A stretch of 56,741 nucleotides of DNA, the filler included, from Squatina squatina (lineage: Eukaryota), in the NCBI GenBank assembly GCA_031763465.1. It is 4 parts of 4 records of this genome, joined end to end, with 100 filler letters (N's around TTAATTAATTAA, not from the genome) between each part and the next. Parts side by side here need not be neighbours in the genome. Positions count along the whole stretch, not along the records: positions 1 to 13,350 come from JARFOE010000046.1; 3 more parts are not named here. One strand, given 5' to 3'. Each line of letters starts with the position of its first letter. Position 1 is the stretch's first letter. Below the pieces are notes generated by a model. It was given only the letters and a program-made list of their open reading frames with translations, ran no database searches and was not told the DNA's origin. Below are positions 1 through 13,350 of the stretch, piece by piece. A program made the position numbers and the translations under genes.

Positions 1-971
1 TGCTGAGATTGCCTCCCCAATCACAAGACTTTTGTCACACTTGCACATTTCCTGAGTTTCATGACCAGTTTGGTTAATTTTATGACAGTGTCTGGTTTTA
101 TCATGTAGTTCCGGTGTAAACTGGATATTTATGTTATTTATTGTTTACAAGTTTTCAAAAGGCTTATAATCTGTGACAGTAAAGGCTTAATCTTCTGGTG
201 AGGGAACCAAATATTGGGTCAATATAAGATTCTGTTGGACCACCGTGAGTGAAGGTTAAACCCAGTGATGGCCGTCGAAGTTTGTTTGAAATCTCCTTCA
301 CGTTTTGCTATGCAGGTGGGTCAACTATGTCTTATAGAAACCTCAAATGATCGTCTTGCATTTAGAAAAGGGTTAAATTATTTATTTTTATACACCTTGC
401 GATGCTAACCAGATATTTATTAATAAATGTGACCTAAATGGGGGCAGATTGTATGCGCTGTCATTTGCACGTCCTGTAAATGAGCTATTCTTTATGTATG
501 GGTTTTAAGCTTTTTCAAAAGCCCTTTTTAATGTGTGCAGACACTGCTTAACTTTAGTTTCAGTCTTCAGAATATTTTTTGTTAATTCCAGATTGTTTTT
601 CTCTTTTGGATGGTTAGTATGGGGAATAGAAGGGATGAAACCACATGTACTGCACAAGTCAGCGTTCTCCTGCGAGGCACAACACTTTGCAATGTAGCAG
701 ATTTCTGCAGGAGACTTTTGGGGGTACATAAAGTTGTTGAAAGGGTGTGTATCACAAAGCACTAACTTCAGTCCGCGAGATATTCACAAAGATGAGCCAT
801 TTGATTAGAATCGTTGCAATGTTTTGAAATTAAGGCATTTGATATTCTGAGCAATTTATAAAGAAGGTAGCAACTCTGAGCCAGCAAACATTCCCACTTT
901 ACGACAGTCCGAGAGTCACCTTGTCTTTTGTGCAAGCTACAGAATGCAGTTGGCTGTCTCTCACTGTTGGT

Positions 972-2264
972 GTGCCAGTGTGATTCTGTCACTCTCAGTG
1001 TGCCAGTGTGATTCCGTCACTCTCGTCATGCCTGTGTGATTCCGTCACTCTCGGCGTGCCTGTGTGATTTCGTCACTCTCGGCGTGCCTGTGTGATTCCG
1101 TCTGTACTCAGTGTGCCAGTGTGATTCTGTCTGTCACTCTCGGTGTGCCTGTGTGTTTCTGTCACTCTCGGTGTGCCTGTGTGATGCTGTCAATCTCGTT
1201 ATGCCTGTGTGAATCTGTCATTCTCGGTGTGCCTCTGTGATTCTGTCTGTCACTCTCAGTGTGTCTGTGTGATTCTTTCTGTCACTCTCGGTGTGCTTGT
1301 GTGATTGTGTCACTCTTGGTGTGCTGTGTGATTCCGTCACTCTCGGCGTGCCTGTGTGATTCCGTCACTCTCGGCGTGCCTGTGTGATTCCCTCACTCTC
1401 GGCGTGCCTATGTGATTCTGTCATTCTCGGTTTGCCTGTGTGATTCTGTCTGTCACTCTCGGTGTGCCTGTGAGATTCTGTTTGCCACTCTCGGTGTGCA
1501 TGTGTGATTCCGTCACTCTCGGTCTGCCTGTGGGATTCCGTCACTCACGGCGTGCCTGTGGAATTCCATCACTCACAGCGTGCCTGTGTGATTCCGTCAC
1601 TCTCGGCGTGCCTGTGAGATTCCGTCTGTCACTCAGTGTGCCAGTGTGATTTTGTCTGTCAGTCTCGGTGTGCCTATGTGATACTGTCACTCTCGGTGTG
1701 CCTGTGTGTTTCTGTCACTCTCGGTGTGCCTGTATGATGCAGTCACTCTCGGTGTGCCTGTGTGAATCTGTCACTCTCGGTGAGCCTCTGTGATTCTGTC
1801 TGTCAGTCTCGGTGTGCTTGTATGATTCAGTCACTCTCGGTGTGCCTGTGTGATTCTGTCTCTCACGGCGTGCAAGTGAGAATCCGTTTGTCGCTCTCGG
1901 TGTGCCTGTGTGATTCCATCACTCTCGGTGTGCTTGTGTGATTCCGTCACTCACGGCGTGCCTGTGAGATTCCGTCTGTCGCTCTCGGTGTGCCTGTGTG
2001 ATTCCTTCTGTCACTCTCGGTCTGCCAGTGTGATTCTGTCATTCTCGGTTTGCCTGTGTGATTCTGTCTGTCACTCTCGGTGTCCCTGTGTGATTCCGTC
2101 ACTCTCGGTCTGCCTGTGAGATTCCGTCACTATTTTCGTGCCTGTGGGATTCCATTACTCACTGCGGACCTGTGGGATTCCATCACTCACAGCGTGCCTG
2201 TGTGATTCCGTCACTCTCGGCGTGCCTGTGGGATTCCGTCACTCTCGATGTGCCTGTGTGATTC
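972..2264. repeat. Minisatellite, 28-bp unit GTGTGATTCCGTCACTCTCGGYGTGCCT with 32-bp variants, about 40-45 copies, runs into a gap
   Basis: Directly visible tandem units (e.g. 1326-1353 repeated from 1354); the short ORFs here are repeat translations. Confidence 0.95.
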
Positions 2265-5200
2265 NNNNNNNNNNNNNNNNNNNNNNNNNNNNNNNNNNNN
2301 NNNNNNNNNNNNNNNNNNNNNNNNNNNNNNNNNNNNNNNNNNNNNNNNNNNNNNNNNNNNNNNNTCCCGAACTAAGAACTGTAACTTGCTCTTTGCTAAC
2401 TGTGCATCCTTGTTACGAGTTATCATTTTAGAATAACAAACTCAAAATCTTAATTTACATGTCCAATATTGGCTATTATGTGTTGCAAGCTGAGTTTTGA
2501 GGTGTTTATACCCCCTCTCTAATTTATGTATTTATTTTGCAGATTTGCGAAAAGTAAATTATGCGTAACTTTAGTTGTAACTGTTGTGCGATCACTAAAC
2601 TTAAAAAATCGAACCTAGAGCATGGCTTGGTCTCTGCCTTGTTTCTGTTCTAGCTGTTTATGCACAGAAGTTAACAGGGGCGTGAAACTGCTGCTCTGCG
2701 ATGTTCTGTGGGATGAGGAGGATGTTCATCAGTGTTCCCCCGAAGGTGCACGGCCGTGCACCGATAGCGAGGTCCCGCGCAGGCCGCTCACCAGCTGTTC
2801 CGTTGGAAGAGATACGGCGCAGCAAAATTAAAGGGCCGGCGCTGGGAACAAAATCAGGAAACACTGATGTTTGTCCCATTTGTTTTAGTGAAAATCTCTT
2901 ATTGCCGGTGTAGTCCTGCACTCAAGAGGTGGGCTACAGATTGTGCGCGGGAACCTTTGGGCAATATCCTGATCTGACAAACCTGGAATCTGCACTGTTT
3001 ACACTTTTTTGGGGGGGAGTGAGGGAATGATGCGACTTTCTGTTTTACATGGGTGAGATCCTTCACAAGCATGTAGTCAGAATTAATACAATGTTATTTT
3101 GCTGGGACCAGAAGGTGTTTTCCATTTGAAGGCTTATTTTCATGTTGCAAATGTGATCATGTGAATGCAGTTTTTATGTGTGAAAGGTTAAGACTCTCAA
3201 TGACTTCCCAGTTTTAGAGTCCCTTGANNNNNNNNNNNNNNNNNNNNNNNNNNNNNNNNNNNNNNNNNNNNNNNNNNNNNNNNNNNNNNNNNNNNNNNNN
3301 NNNNNNNNNNNNNNNNNNNNNNNNNNNTCATAACACTCCTCTGAAGCACCTTGGGACGTTTCACTGCATTGAAGGCGCTATATAAATACAAGTTGTTGAT
3401 GTCATGAGAGTGCAGGGTAAAAACACCGCTGATGTGTAATGCAGAGGAAGTGAGGTGCTTTAATTCGCAGCGCAAAAATCCCTTGAGTGTAAAATTTGCT
3501 TTTTTTGGGGGGAATTCATTTTTTCGTGAAGAATGCACAAAATAACCAACCCAGGTTTCATTGCTTCAGTTTGAAATATTTATTTCAATAAAGTTTCAGA
3601 AACTTTTAATTTCAAACAATGGAAGTCTATGCCCCAACGAGACTAGCAAAGGCTGAATAAGGTACTTCACAGCTAAATAGTGAACCGCTGTACAGAGCGG
3701 CTGAACATCTGCGACTAAGGCAATAACGATACTGACGTCTGCGGATGACCATTTTATGGCAACTCTGTTTCTATAGCAACAGACACACACAGAAAAGCAA
3801 ATGGAATAGAAAAATTAAAGCCCCCAAAAAAACAAAGTTTAAAAAAAAACAATGAGAACTAAAAAATAAAACAAAAGCTGATGGGTGTTCAGAATTGTAC
3901 CAAAATGTATCTGAGGTATTCTGATGGCTGGAGTTTCAACTGTATTAGCAGATTTTTATTTTTTAAAAAATGAAATAAATTTAAAATAATGTATTAGAAT
4001 TCTAGATTCTTCACATATTTCCTTCAAAGTAAAAAAAAAATTCAGGAATTAAAAAGCGCTTAAAGCATTTTCCTATACAGTACATTTAAACTCTGCATAA
4101 TATCTTATAGATTTGAAACACTGAAATATTCCTCTCTTCAAAGCACCAAATTTACACATTAGACAAGCCAAAAAAAAACTCTACATAACTCTCCAATACC
4201 AGTTGGGCGCTGAAGCAACATGTTTACAACTACAAAAAGATCTACTTCCAAACATAGACATCAGCGATAGGGACAGGCAATTGCTTTCCTTTCTGTTTTG
4301 AACCATGGTTTTAAAACATTTAAATAACATTAAATAGCAGATTGCAAAATATTGATCCATTGTATACAACATAGCGCACTGAAACATTTTACACAATTTG
4401 ATCAGAAGGTGAAAAATCTATCATTGGTTCAGGAAAGGACTCAGTTACTTTTCTTTTTAATTAATAAAGCTTCTCTCAATATTAATTACAGCTGGGGGGG
4501 GGGCAACTCTGTACAAACAGAAGCAGTGTTCAAAATGAGGAACTTAAAAAGACAGAATGGGTTTCAAAAAATAGTTTAACTCTCAGCGATTTTCCCCAAC
4601 TCTCTCTTTTTCTAAAGAAAAAAGCAACGATCAGTCAGCGACTCAGGGACAGTCGGGTTTGAAACCCACTGCTCTCACACCTATCCAAAACACAATTAAA
4701 ATAAAGGCACTTTAGGAATAATTAAGTTAACATTTATCGTTGCATTTTTAACTCTCTGGGGATGGGGGCAGGGATGTCACCCCAATCACAAAAATTAGAA
4801 ACGGCACCCCTGTGCCACCCGCTTCTGCCCTGTGGTAGTTACATAGCACCATTGATTCAAAATGACATGTGAACGAAAACAAAACACGAGAACGTGAGCA
4901 CCAATACCAGTCAATGGAGGTAGAAAATCACCCCGGGAAGCCCATTCCATTAGCACCGTGTGGTATCACAAGAAAACCAGGTGCTGCAAAGGCACCTCAT
5001 CACTGTTATTTTGTTTCTCCTTGCCTGAAATCGATCAATTGGTTCAGGCGTTTTTTTGTTGGCTGAAAGCTAACGCTCAAACTGTTTGCGCATTAAATTA
5101 AGTGTCACGGATTTAGAGAATTTCAACAACTCTTATAGTTCCCCTTTCTCCTCCACTATTGCACATTGGAGATGCTTAGCAGACATGCAGCCACCAGCTC

Positions 5201-5957
5201 TACCTACTGCATAAAGTCACTCTTCTGAATATCCTAACCTGTGACTGCTGATATTATGCTGGATAAGTTTCACAGCCACGAGAAACCAATTTGCTCTTTT
5301 TAAAAAAAAATGGATCTTCTGCAACCCAGTTCTAGACATTCTCATCTCTCAACACAACGGCAGACACCTTGGCCACTGTTGGAGATCTTCAATTTTAGTT
5401 GTTTTAGCTAAACACTCTCCCACGAAACAAGTCCTCTAACATTTCCTTATAGTTTCTTTTTTAAAAGCCATTGACAGCCTTCTCTGATCAGTGATGTGAC
5501 ATTTTCACATCACGTCAGCCTGTTAGTACATAATAGCTTTGTTGCCTGATAGTGTGTATATGACAGCTAATAATGAACTGATTTAATTGTGTCAAGCTCT
5601 GATGGGTGATTTATGCTTATTCTTTCAGTGGTAATTGCAGACTTTATAAATATTTTTTTTATGTCTTACCAGTCTGTCACTGAATTCCGTTGTATTGGGA
5701 TCCAGGCTGGGTTCCATTCCAGATATATATCGGGATNNNNNNNNNNNNNNNNNNNNNNNNNNNNNNNNNNNNNNNNNNNNNNNNNNNNNNNNNNNNNNNN
5801 NNNNNNNNNNNNNNNNNNNNNNNNNNNNNNNNNNNNGCCTCCTTCTGTGCTGTATCCTTCTACATCTCTATGACTTGCAACAGCACGGTCAAATTGGGAA
5901 GATATGGCAAGTGACTGTGTTAGTGAAAGAGTCAGCACCAGAATACTGTGGACTCAC

Positions 5958-6126
5958 CATCATTCATTCGCTGCTCACAGTTCATGAGGTCACGGCAGAC
6001 ACGGGCAGGATTGTCCCTAGTGCCCAGGGGGTTCTTAATGCTGTGGATAAGATTACTGAGGTAGTGTAGGGTCTTAAAGATCTCTGCTCCCTGGTCAATC
6101 AAAGGTAGGTCTGAATTCTGATAATT
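5958..6126 (-). CDS. COL24A1: Clade-C fibrillar collagen, C-propeptide (COLFI) exon
   Basis: 169-bp exon with gcag acceptor and gtgagt donor; [56 protein letters not shown] matches the COL24A1/COL27A1 C-propeptide start. Family certain; COL24A1 over COL27A1 is a moderate preference. Confidence 0.85.
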
Positions 6127-6267
6127 CTGCATGAGGAATAGAAAGGTTGGCTCTAATCATCGCAGTTAAAACTTACTTTTATAAGAGCATATGTTACAGT
6201 AGTTATCAAAAAATATGGTTCCAACTGATCAGGAATAACAACACGTAGGTGAAGAGTGTTCGGTTAC

Positions 6268-6333
6268 CTCTGTCCTGAGTGCAGTTTTTGATTCGATAAA
6301 AGCTTGTAAAGCAGCACCTAGTTCTTCATGTTT
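6268..6333 (-). CDS. COL24A1: Clade-C fibrillar collagen, telopeptide/propeptide junction exon
   Basis: 66-bp phase-0 exon (ttttcag...gtaacc), KHEELGAALQAFIESKTALRTE; splices in frame to the 5958-6126 exon. Confidence 0.85.
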
Positions 6334-6509
6334 CTGAAAATGTAAATGGTACAAAATAAGAACAGAAAATGTTTCAGACTCAAACCAGGGGGTGGGACTA
6401 ATTGGAAAGCTCCTAGAGAGAGCTAGCACTGGAGCGATGGGTCGAATAGCTGCCTCCGTGCTGTAAAATTCTACGGCTTTTTTAGATTGCAGCCTTACCT
6501 ACTGTAGCT

Positions 6510-6614
6510 GCTTTCCCCTGGCTGGGGGTCTAGAACCAGGGGTCACAGTCTCAGGATAAGGGCCATGCCATTTAGGACTGAGATGAGGAGGAATTTCTTC
6601 TCTCAGAGAGTGGT
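6510..6614 (+). mobile_element. CR1-type LINE ORF2 3' fragment
   Basis: Encodes FRTEMRRNFFSQRV, the CR1 ORF2 C-terminal motif also seen at 44460 and 55640. Confidence 0.8.
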
Positions 6615-7321
6615 NNNNNNNNNNNNNNNNNNNNNNNNNNNNNNNNNNNNNNNNNNNNNNNNNNNNNNNNNNNNNNNNNNNNNNNNNNNNNNNNNNNNNN
6701 NNNNNNNNNNNNNNCAGTATTCAGAACTTCTGCACACAATGTGCCATTCCGTGTGTGGACCATTTGCATGCAATGTCCTGTGCAGTGTCCAAAGTCTCTG
6801 CATGCAACATTTTGCTCAATGTACAATTTCCACATGGGATACTGTTTAGTATACAAAGTTTCTGCGCCTAATGCTCTGTTCACCGTACAGACCCTCTGCA
6901 CAAATTGTTCAGAGCTGCCAATGACACATTGTTCTTTTTCAGTCTCTTATTGCCATTTAATATTCCATCCTNNNNNNNNNNTTACTAGTCTGTAGCTAGC
7001 ATGATATTGCACAGGGAATTATGTCGGTCGCACTTCTACACACCATTGCTTTTGATTTAGCATGCATTATTCATGCTTCCTTTATTAATAGAAAATCATT
7101 TTTTATAACATAACCCTAACTATAACATACCTTTTGTGCAGCAATCAAATGAAACAATATACAGAAAGTCTATTGTACTTAACTGTGGAAATACAGAGCC
7201 TGCCAGTACTTTCGTGAGTTAAGATCTAACTTTACGTTCTTATCGGCTTTTAGTAGATAAGAGATAGATGAGGGGGGGGGTTTAATTCAGTTAAACATGC
7301 TGTATTTACGAAGCCGAATAC

Positions 7322-7429
7322 CATAGATCCTCGTGTTCCTCGAGATCCCTTGGGCCCCTGGGTTCCCTCAGGTCCTTGCTCTCCTGTAGGTCCTGTCTCT
7401 CCCAGATATCCCAAGTGGCCTTTGCTACC
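7322..7429 (-). CDS. COL24A1: Fibrillar collagen triple-helix exon (108 bp)
   Basis: 12 perfect Gly-X-Y triplets GSKGHLGYLGETGPTGEQGPEGTQGPKGSRGTRGSM, AG/GT ends, canonical 2x54 bp size; not in the ORF track in this frame. Confidence 0.85.
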
Positions 7430-9364
7430 CTACAATGCATAACACATGAAAGGGTTAACTGGTGAGATCTTTGTGATTCCAGCGCGTTGTGTAAAGGGGA
7501 AATAGGTACGGGGAGTGCAAATCGCAAATAATAGCACAATCCAAGAAACAACTGCCTTGAATTTATCAAATAGTTTAACTTTAGAAGGGGGAGGCGGAAG
7601 GAAAATTACCTGGGCTTTGTATGATCTGAGCAGTGGTGATTCTCAGAGTGGATGCTGGGGTGGGGGTGTGGAGAAATGAAATGAGTGATGTGGCTATTGT
7701 TGGACGGGATACAAGCTATTGTTCAGAGGTAGCTGCCTCCCCTCCATTTCAGTATACCATTCGCACTGGCCATAGCAAATACCTTTCATTCACAAGAATT
7801 AATAAAAAAACAAAATTCTCCATCGCTGACACAGTCCATTATTCAGCTTTTGCTTTGATGATGTGTGAATAAAAAATTTGTACAGAAAATCAATCCATCA
7901 CAATATTGCTTGTGGGGGAGGGGGGAGAATGCTGAATAGTTTTACAGCTTGTTGATGGATCTGTTCCAAGGTCACAGAGGAAATTACACACCCTTGTAAG
8001 TTTCACATTATTTTGATGAGGTTTGAATGTGTTACCTTCAACTGACATGATTTGAGAAGGGCTACAGTCATTCAGTGATACTCATGAGGTTATAGAGCTG
8101 CCTATCTCTGTAACTGTACCACTTATATATTAGCAGGGTATGAGTTGATTCGTTACTTTTTAGTTGTTTTAACTCTTGAATGTTAGATCGATACATTACC
8201 AATCTAGAAGGCTGAAACAGAAATAAACAGGCAAGTCTACCAAATTATAAGGGAAAGGTAGATGAATACAACAAAAGACAAGGAGGTAGGATACATCAAA
8301 GTAACCACAGACTTTGCAAACAACCACTTGTATTTCGGTAAAGGTATTAACTTCGCAAATGTTATAAATGAGTCATTCTTGTGTAGTTAACCTGTCTGGT
8401 TTGAATTCAAATAAGAGCTTTGTCCAGTTGTTAAAGTTGACTCTGCTGATGGCTCGGTGAATTAATCCAGTTAGTGATTGNNNNNNNNNNNNNNNNNNNN
8501 NNNNNNNNNNNNNNNNNNNNNNNNNNNNNNNNNNNNNNNNNNNNNNNNNNNNNNNNNNNNNNNNNNNNNNNNNNNNNNNNGCTACACTTTGAAGAAACGC
8601 ACGATGAAAACAAGGCATTTCTGATTTAACTCGGGAGTGTGTCTGGCTGTTGTTCATATAATGTACAATGGAATAGACCTGTTTTGAAACGGGTTTACTG
8701 TTTCCATATCAGCATTTAATCTGCATTTACAAACATTAGTTTGTCTTCTAAGTGGCTGGCTTTGTATTTTTGAAACATTTTTGGAAAGGATTTCAGCTCC
8801 AGAACACATAGGCTTGGCCCGATTTCCCCTGGCTGTCTGGCGCCTGTTCCCTCGCTATCCCGACTCTACAACGCTATAAAATGTCGGATTCAAACAGTCT
8901 CCAGATGTTGGGCACCTGGTTCTTGAACTTGCTACTCAACAACTTCCTAAATCTACAAACATTAGACAGAATTCAGATTTACCGGGAAGAAGCATCCCTT
9001 GTTTGTAGTTAAATGCAGCATTTAAAAATAACCTGCAGAAATATACACAATATTCTCCTGTGAATAAGTCATTCTTTTCAACAAGGACTTTATAGTGTTC
9101 CTGAACAGTTTAAAATGACATCTAAAAGCAGTTGTAAACCGCAGATAAGGATGGCAGCAAGCCACTGCTCCCACACTCACCCACTTTGAGAATATTAATT
9201 GAGACTATAGGAAACAGTGCAAGAAGACCTTAGCATGGTCCATTGCTGTAAAAGAAACTGCTAGGAGTGTTATTCAGCAGAAAATAACAGCATTAATGTT
9301 CATGAAATCAAACTCTACCACACTTTGACACAGTGAAAAGAAAGTATTATTAAGAATTCTTTCC

Positions 9365-9698
9365 TAAGAACATAAGAAATAGGAGCAGGAGTAAGCCTGC
9401 TCCGCCTTTCAACAAGATCGTGGCAGATCATCTACCTCAACTCCACTTTCCTGCACTATCCCCATATTCCCTAAATATCCAAAAATCTATTGCTCTCTGC
9501 CTTGAATATACTCAATGACTAAGCATCCACAGCTCTCTGAGGTAGAGAATTCCAAAGATTCCTTACCCTCTAACAGAAGAAATTTCTCCTCATTTCAGTC
9601 CTAAATGGCCAACGCTTTATTCTGAGACTGTGTACCCTGGTTCTAGACCCCCCAGCTAGGGGAAACATCCTCCCTACATCTACCCTGTCGAGTCCTGT
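9365..9698 (-). mobile_element. CR1-type LINE 3' end
   Basis: Reverse complement of the 44460-44732 element including the ctcctgctcctatttcttatgttctta tail. Confidence 0.85.
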
Positions 9699-10257
9699 NN
9701 NNNNNNNNNNNNNNNNNNNNNNNNNNNNNNNNNNNNNNNNNNNNNNNNNNNNNNNNNNNNNNNNNNNNNNNNNNNNNNNNNNNNNNNNNNNNNNNNNNCA
9801 ACTACATGTGTGTAATGTTCTACTCTACAACACTGAAATTAAATATTAATTTCAATAAATTTTAGCACAGTTATTTCAAAATCTGCAAAGAGAGCCAAAG
9901 CCGAAACACTGTTCAGTAGAATATAAAATCTTTTGCAGAAACAACATGACTAACAAAGTGATTTAATAAACACCCTTTGCTTCATAGCTTTTGTATCATA
10001 TCACTGAATATTAACAGCTGGCCCCTTTTACCTGCAAAGCATTCTGGGAGAGGCTGAATATAATCTGAATGCATTCTTCGGAAGTTACTTTTGAAGCTCA
10101 TTTGTAAATAGTAAAAATAAATAATCAAATAAATACTTGACTTTATTAACACTCCTTTGAAGAGAAAGGACAATTTTTAGCTATCTCCAAAATAAAGGAA
10201 CATAGCTATGATTCCAGGCTGGGGCATCTCTTCCCTTCCAGACTCCAGATTACATAC

Positions 10258-10311
10258 CTTGACACCTGATGACCCTGGCTCCCCCGTAGGACCGTCAGAA
10301 CCTCTTGCACC
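10258..10311 (-). CDS. COL24A1: Fibrillar collagen triple-helix exon (54 bp)
   Basis: GARGSDGPTGEPGSSGVK, ctttcag acceptor, gtatgt donor, canonical 54-bp size. Confidence 0.85.
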
Positions 10312-13116
10312 CTGAAAGACAGAGCAGATGATTTGAACAGCAGGTGTCTCTCTTGCACTTCTTCCAACTTAAGCCTCAGAGTTGGTGCTGCACTGGGATT
10401 CTTTCCCTATTTCTTCTGATATTCCTTCCTGTGTCCCTATTTGTATAATTTTATGGCTTGCTCACGTGCTGAATTTTGTTTGTGCTGCTTTGTCCTCTGA
10501 ATCCTCCTTCTCCAGCCCCATCCCCTCCCCCTTCTCTTTCGTTACTAACAGAAAATGAAGCTTCGTTGGTCATCTGAACAGCAGATTTTCATTCTGTGAC
10601 CGGTGGCCTATCTGAATGGTTAATCTTTTTAAAGACACCAGTGAAGATTTGCATCAAAATAAGAGCGTTGCACAACAAGTACACTTTCAGGAAAATAGTG
10701 TGAATGAACACTCCGAGGTTGCGCACGCATCTCCATTTCATAAAGCATATGTACTAATATTCAAGAATTGAAAATTACTAACATTATTTTTGATAAGTCT
10801 ATAAACAAAAGAAAATGTACATCATATATTCAGTGCACAGAGTTCAAACAATTGCAGATACTTCCACTAAACTACCACAGGTTATCTTCAGTTCCTGTGT
10901 CTCCTGGCTTTCTCGCATGTGTTTTGTATTGCTTTTTTGTTATTTAGAATGAAAGGCAGTTTTATTTCTATATCTCCTGCACATGCCACACATTTTCAGA
11001 TAGTATATTCCATTTGTTTTTAAAGGTTCAAGGGCGCCCAATTAGATTGCCCTGAATTTCTGGCGCTAAGGGACGAATTGGGAAGNNNNNNNNNNNNNNN
11101 NNNNNNNNNNNNNNNNNNNNNNNNNNNNNNNNNNNNNNNNNNNNNNNNNNNNNNNNNNNNNNNNNNNNNNNNNNNNNNNNNNNNNGCTCTTTAAGCTGCA
11201 TTCAGACAGACCTCCATAAGCAGTCTGAATGTGGTGAGGGCTGGTTTGGCAGCATTCAGAGCGCAAAAAAAGTCATGAATTAAAGGGAATCCACACTGGT
11301 ATCTCACCTTGAAAGTGTGCCAATTGGTGGAAATTATATATCACAATAGCCTGATGCACACACCATATGTTGTCATCACATCCACACATAAATCATATGA
11401 CTGGCTTCACTCAGAAAGCTATTTCTTTATTGCATAGCTTTTATAACCATTTGCGCTGTTAGTTCATTGAGACAGAAATAGCAAGGTCGGTCATTTCTGA
11501 CCCAATTCCATCCTGAATGCAGCTGGACTAAGAAATATTGAGAATAAAGTTGGGTATGAAATTCTCATGGGCCTCAGTACCACAATGTAGCAAATACATA
11601 CTTAGAACAAAAAACTGAAGTGAATTTGGATCAATGTGATTGTAATTAAATCTATATTCTGAATTCCAAATTGTTCAAACACAAAAACAGTACACTGACT
11701 AAATTTTGTTNNNNNNNNNNNNNNNNNNNNNNNNNNNNNNNNNNNNNNNNNNNNNNNNNNNNNNNNNNNNNNNNNNNNNNNNNNNNNNNNNNNNNNNNNN
11801 NNNNNNNNNNTCCACGCTTGCACTGGAAATCTCTTCAACTTTTTACGCCGGGCAAAACCAAGTGTATATGCTTGGTTTTACCAGAGTAAGAATTTTTAAA
11901 ACTGTTAAAATCAAAAGAATTAGTGGTACATTACTTTAAAAACCTTTCCATTAAGTTAAGTATATTTTTAAGCAGTTTAAAAGATTTTTTTTAATTTCAA
12001 ATTTTTTTTGTATTATTTATCTCCTTTTTATTAAATGTTAATGTTAGAATAGTTTTTAAAATGTTTTAGGATGTATTTGTGTAGTTTTGTATCTCTCATT
12101 CAAGCTTTGACAGATCTGTCAGAACTGTCAAAACTTGAATGAGACATACTCCTACCTGATTGGTTGGGGCCTCCCATGTGACCTCTCCAGGACTTACCCG
12201 CGAAAGAGAAGAGCTCCAATCCGAATGCCCAGCTGTGGGGGAAGAAAATCGCAAACTCACGTGGATCCAGGACTGTCAGATAAGTTCGGAGCCATTTTTG
12301 CGATTGGAGGCTGCTGCACGCAGGAAGCCTCTGATCGCAAATTCAGGTCCAATGTGTTTAGCTGATGTAGCTGTCATGTTTGAATAGCTGTTAGATGTGG
12401 GTGTGAGACTTGCAGCAGTGGTAATTTTGTGAGCATGAGCTGGAGCATATGAATGTGAGGTATGAGTTGGTAGAGATTATTGGTAGGCAAGTAATGGGGG
12501 TGTGGTGAATTGAACAATGTGTGAGGCTAGTGATGCAGTTTGTGGGGTATGGCATTTCAGGACGCATTCACTGACCTTGAACAACCGTGTAAAGTCATCT
12601 GTATCCTCAGGGCAACAATAATGGCAGTGACCTCCATGGTTATCTGCTCCCACTACCTTTGCAGTGTCCGGCTGGAGGGCGTCCTGGCATCCTTTGGAAA
12701 CATGACCCCTCTCCTCCTCTCCACCTCCTGTACTAAGGCCTTCAGTGCTGCAGCTGAGAACCTTGGAGCCCTTTCTCTGGCCTGTTATGCCATTCCTGTA
12801 ATGTTTTCCAGGTGAAACTCCCTTTTGCAATTACATCCAGCACCTGGTGATGATAAACTGCACCTCCCCTTTAAGAGATGCAGGCTGGCTTTAAGAACTA
12901 GGTTTAATTGGTGCGAGCCTCGCATGGACTTGGGCCCCCTACCGAGTGTGCAACCACTCAGCAATGCATTTAGAGCTGGGCTGCATGCCACTATCATTTA
13001 AATTAGCAGGCAGCACAAAGTGCATGCTGCCTGCATTACTTCGAGCAGGTGTGAGTTGTGAATCGCATTGCGAATCCCACGCCTGTTTTCAGGGGCTATC
13101 GAATTTTTAGCTCCAA

Positions 13117-13350
13117 GAATCTAAATGGGGTAGAGAAGCAAAGGGATCTGGGGTACCGATTCACCAATCACTAAAAGCAAAGATGCAGGTTAATAAGGCC
13201 ATAAAAAAGACAAATCAAGTACTGGATTCATTTCTGGTGGGATAGAATTGAAAACAAGAAAAGTTATGTTAAACTTGTATAGATCCTAGGTTAAACCACA
13301 CTTGGAGCACTGTTCTGGTCCCCATATTATGAAAAAGATCTAGCGGTACT
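13117..13350 (+). mobile_element. Degenerate CR1 LINE RT-region fragment
   Basis: Remnants of EKDLGV and MLNLY..LV.PHLE.C.FWSP motifs. Confidence 0.7.

Noticed and set aside
505-762. Cys-rich 85-aa ORF
   Set aside because: GTG start, in-frame stop 8 codons upstream, no splice support or recognisable domain
972-2264. CRISPR-like array (28-32-bp repeats)
   Set aside because: Units are head-to-tail with no unique spacers, there are no cas genes, and the context is vertebrate
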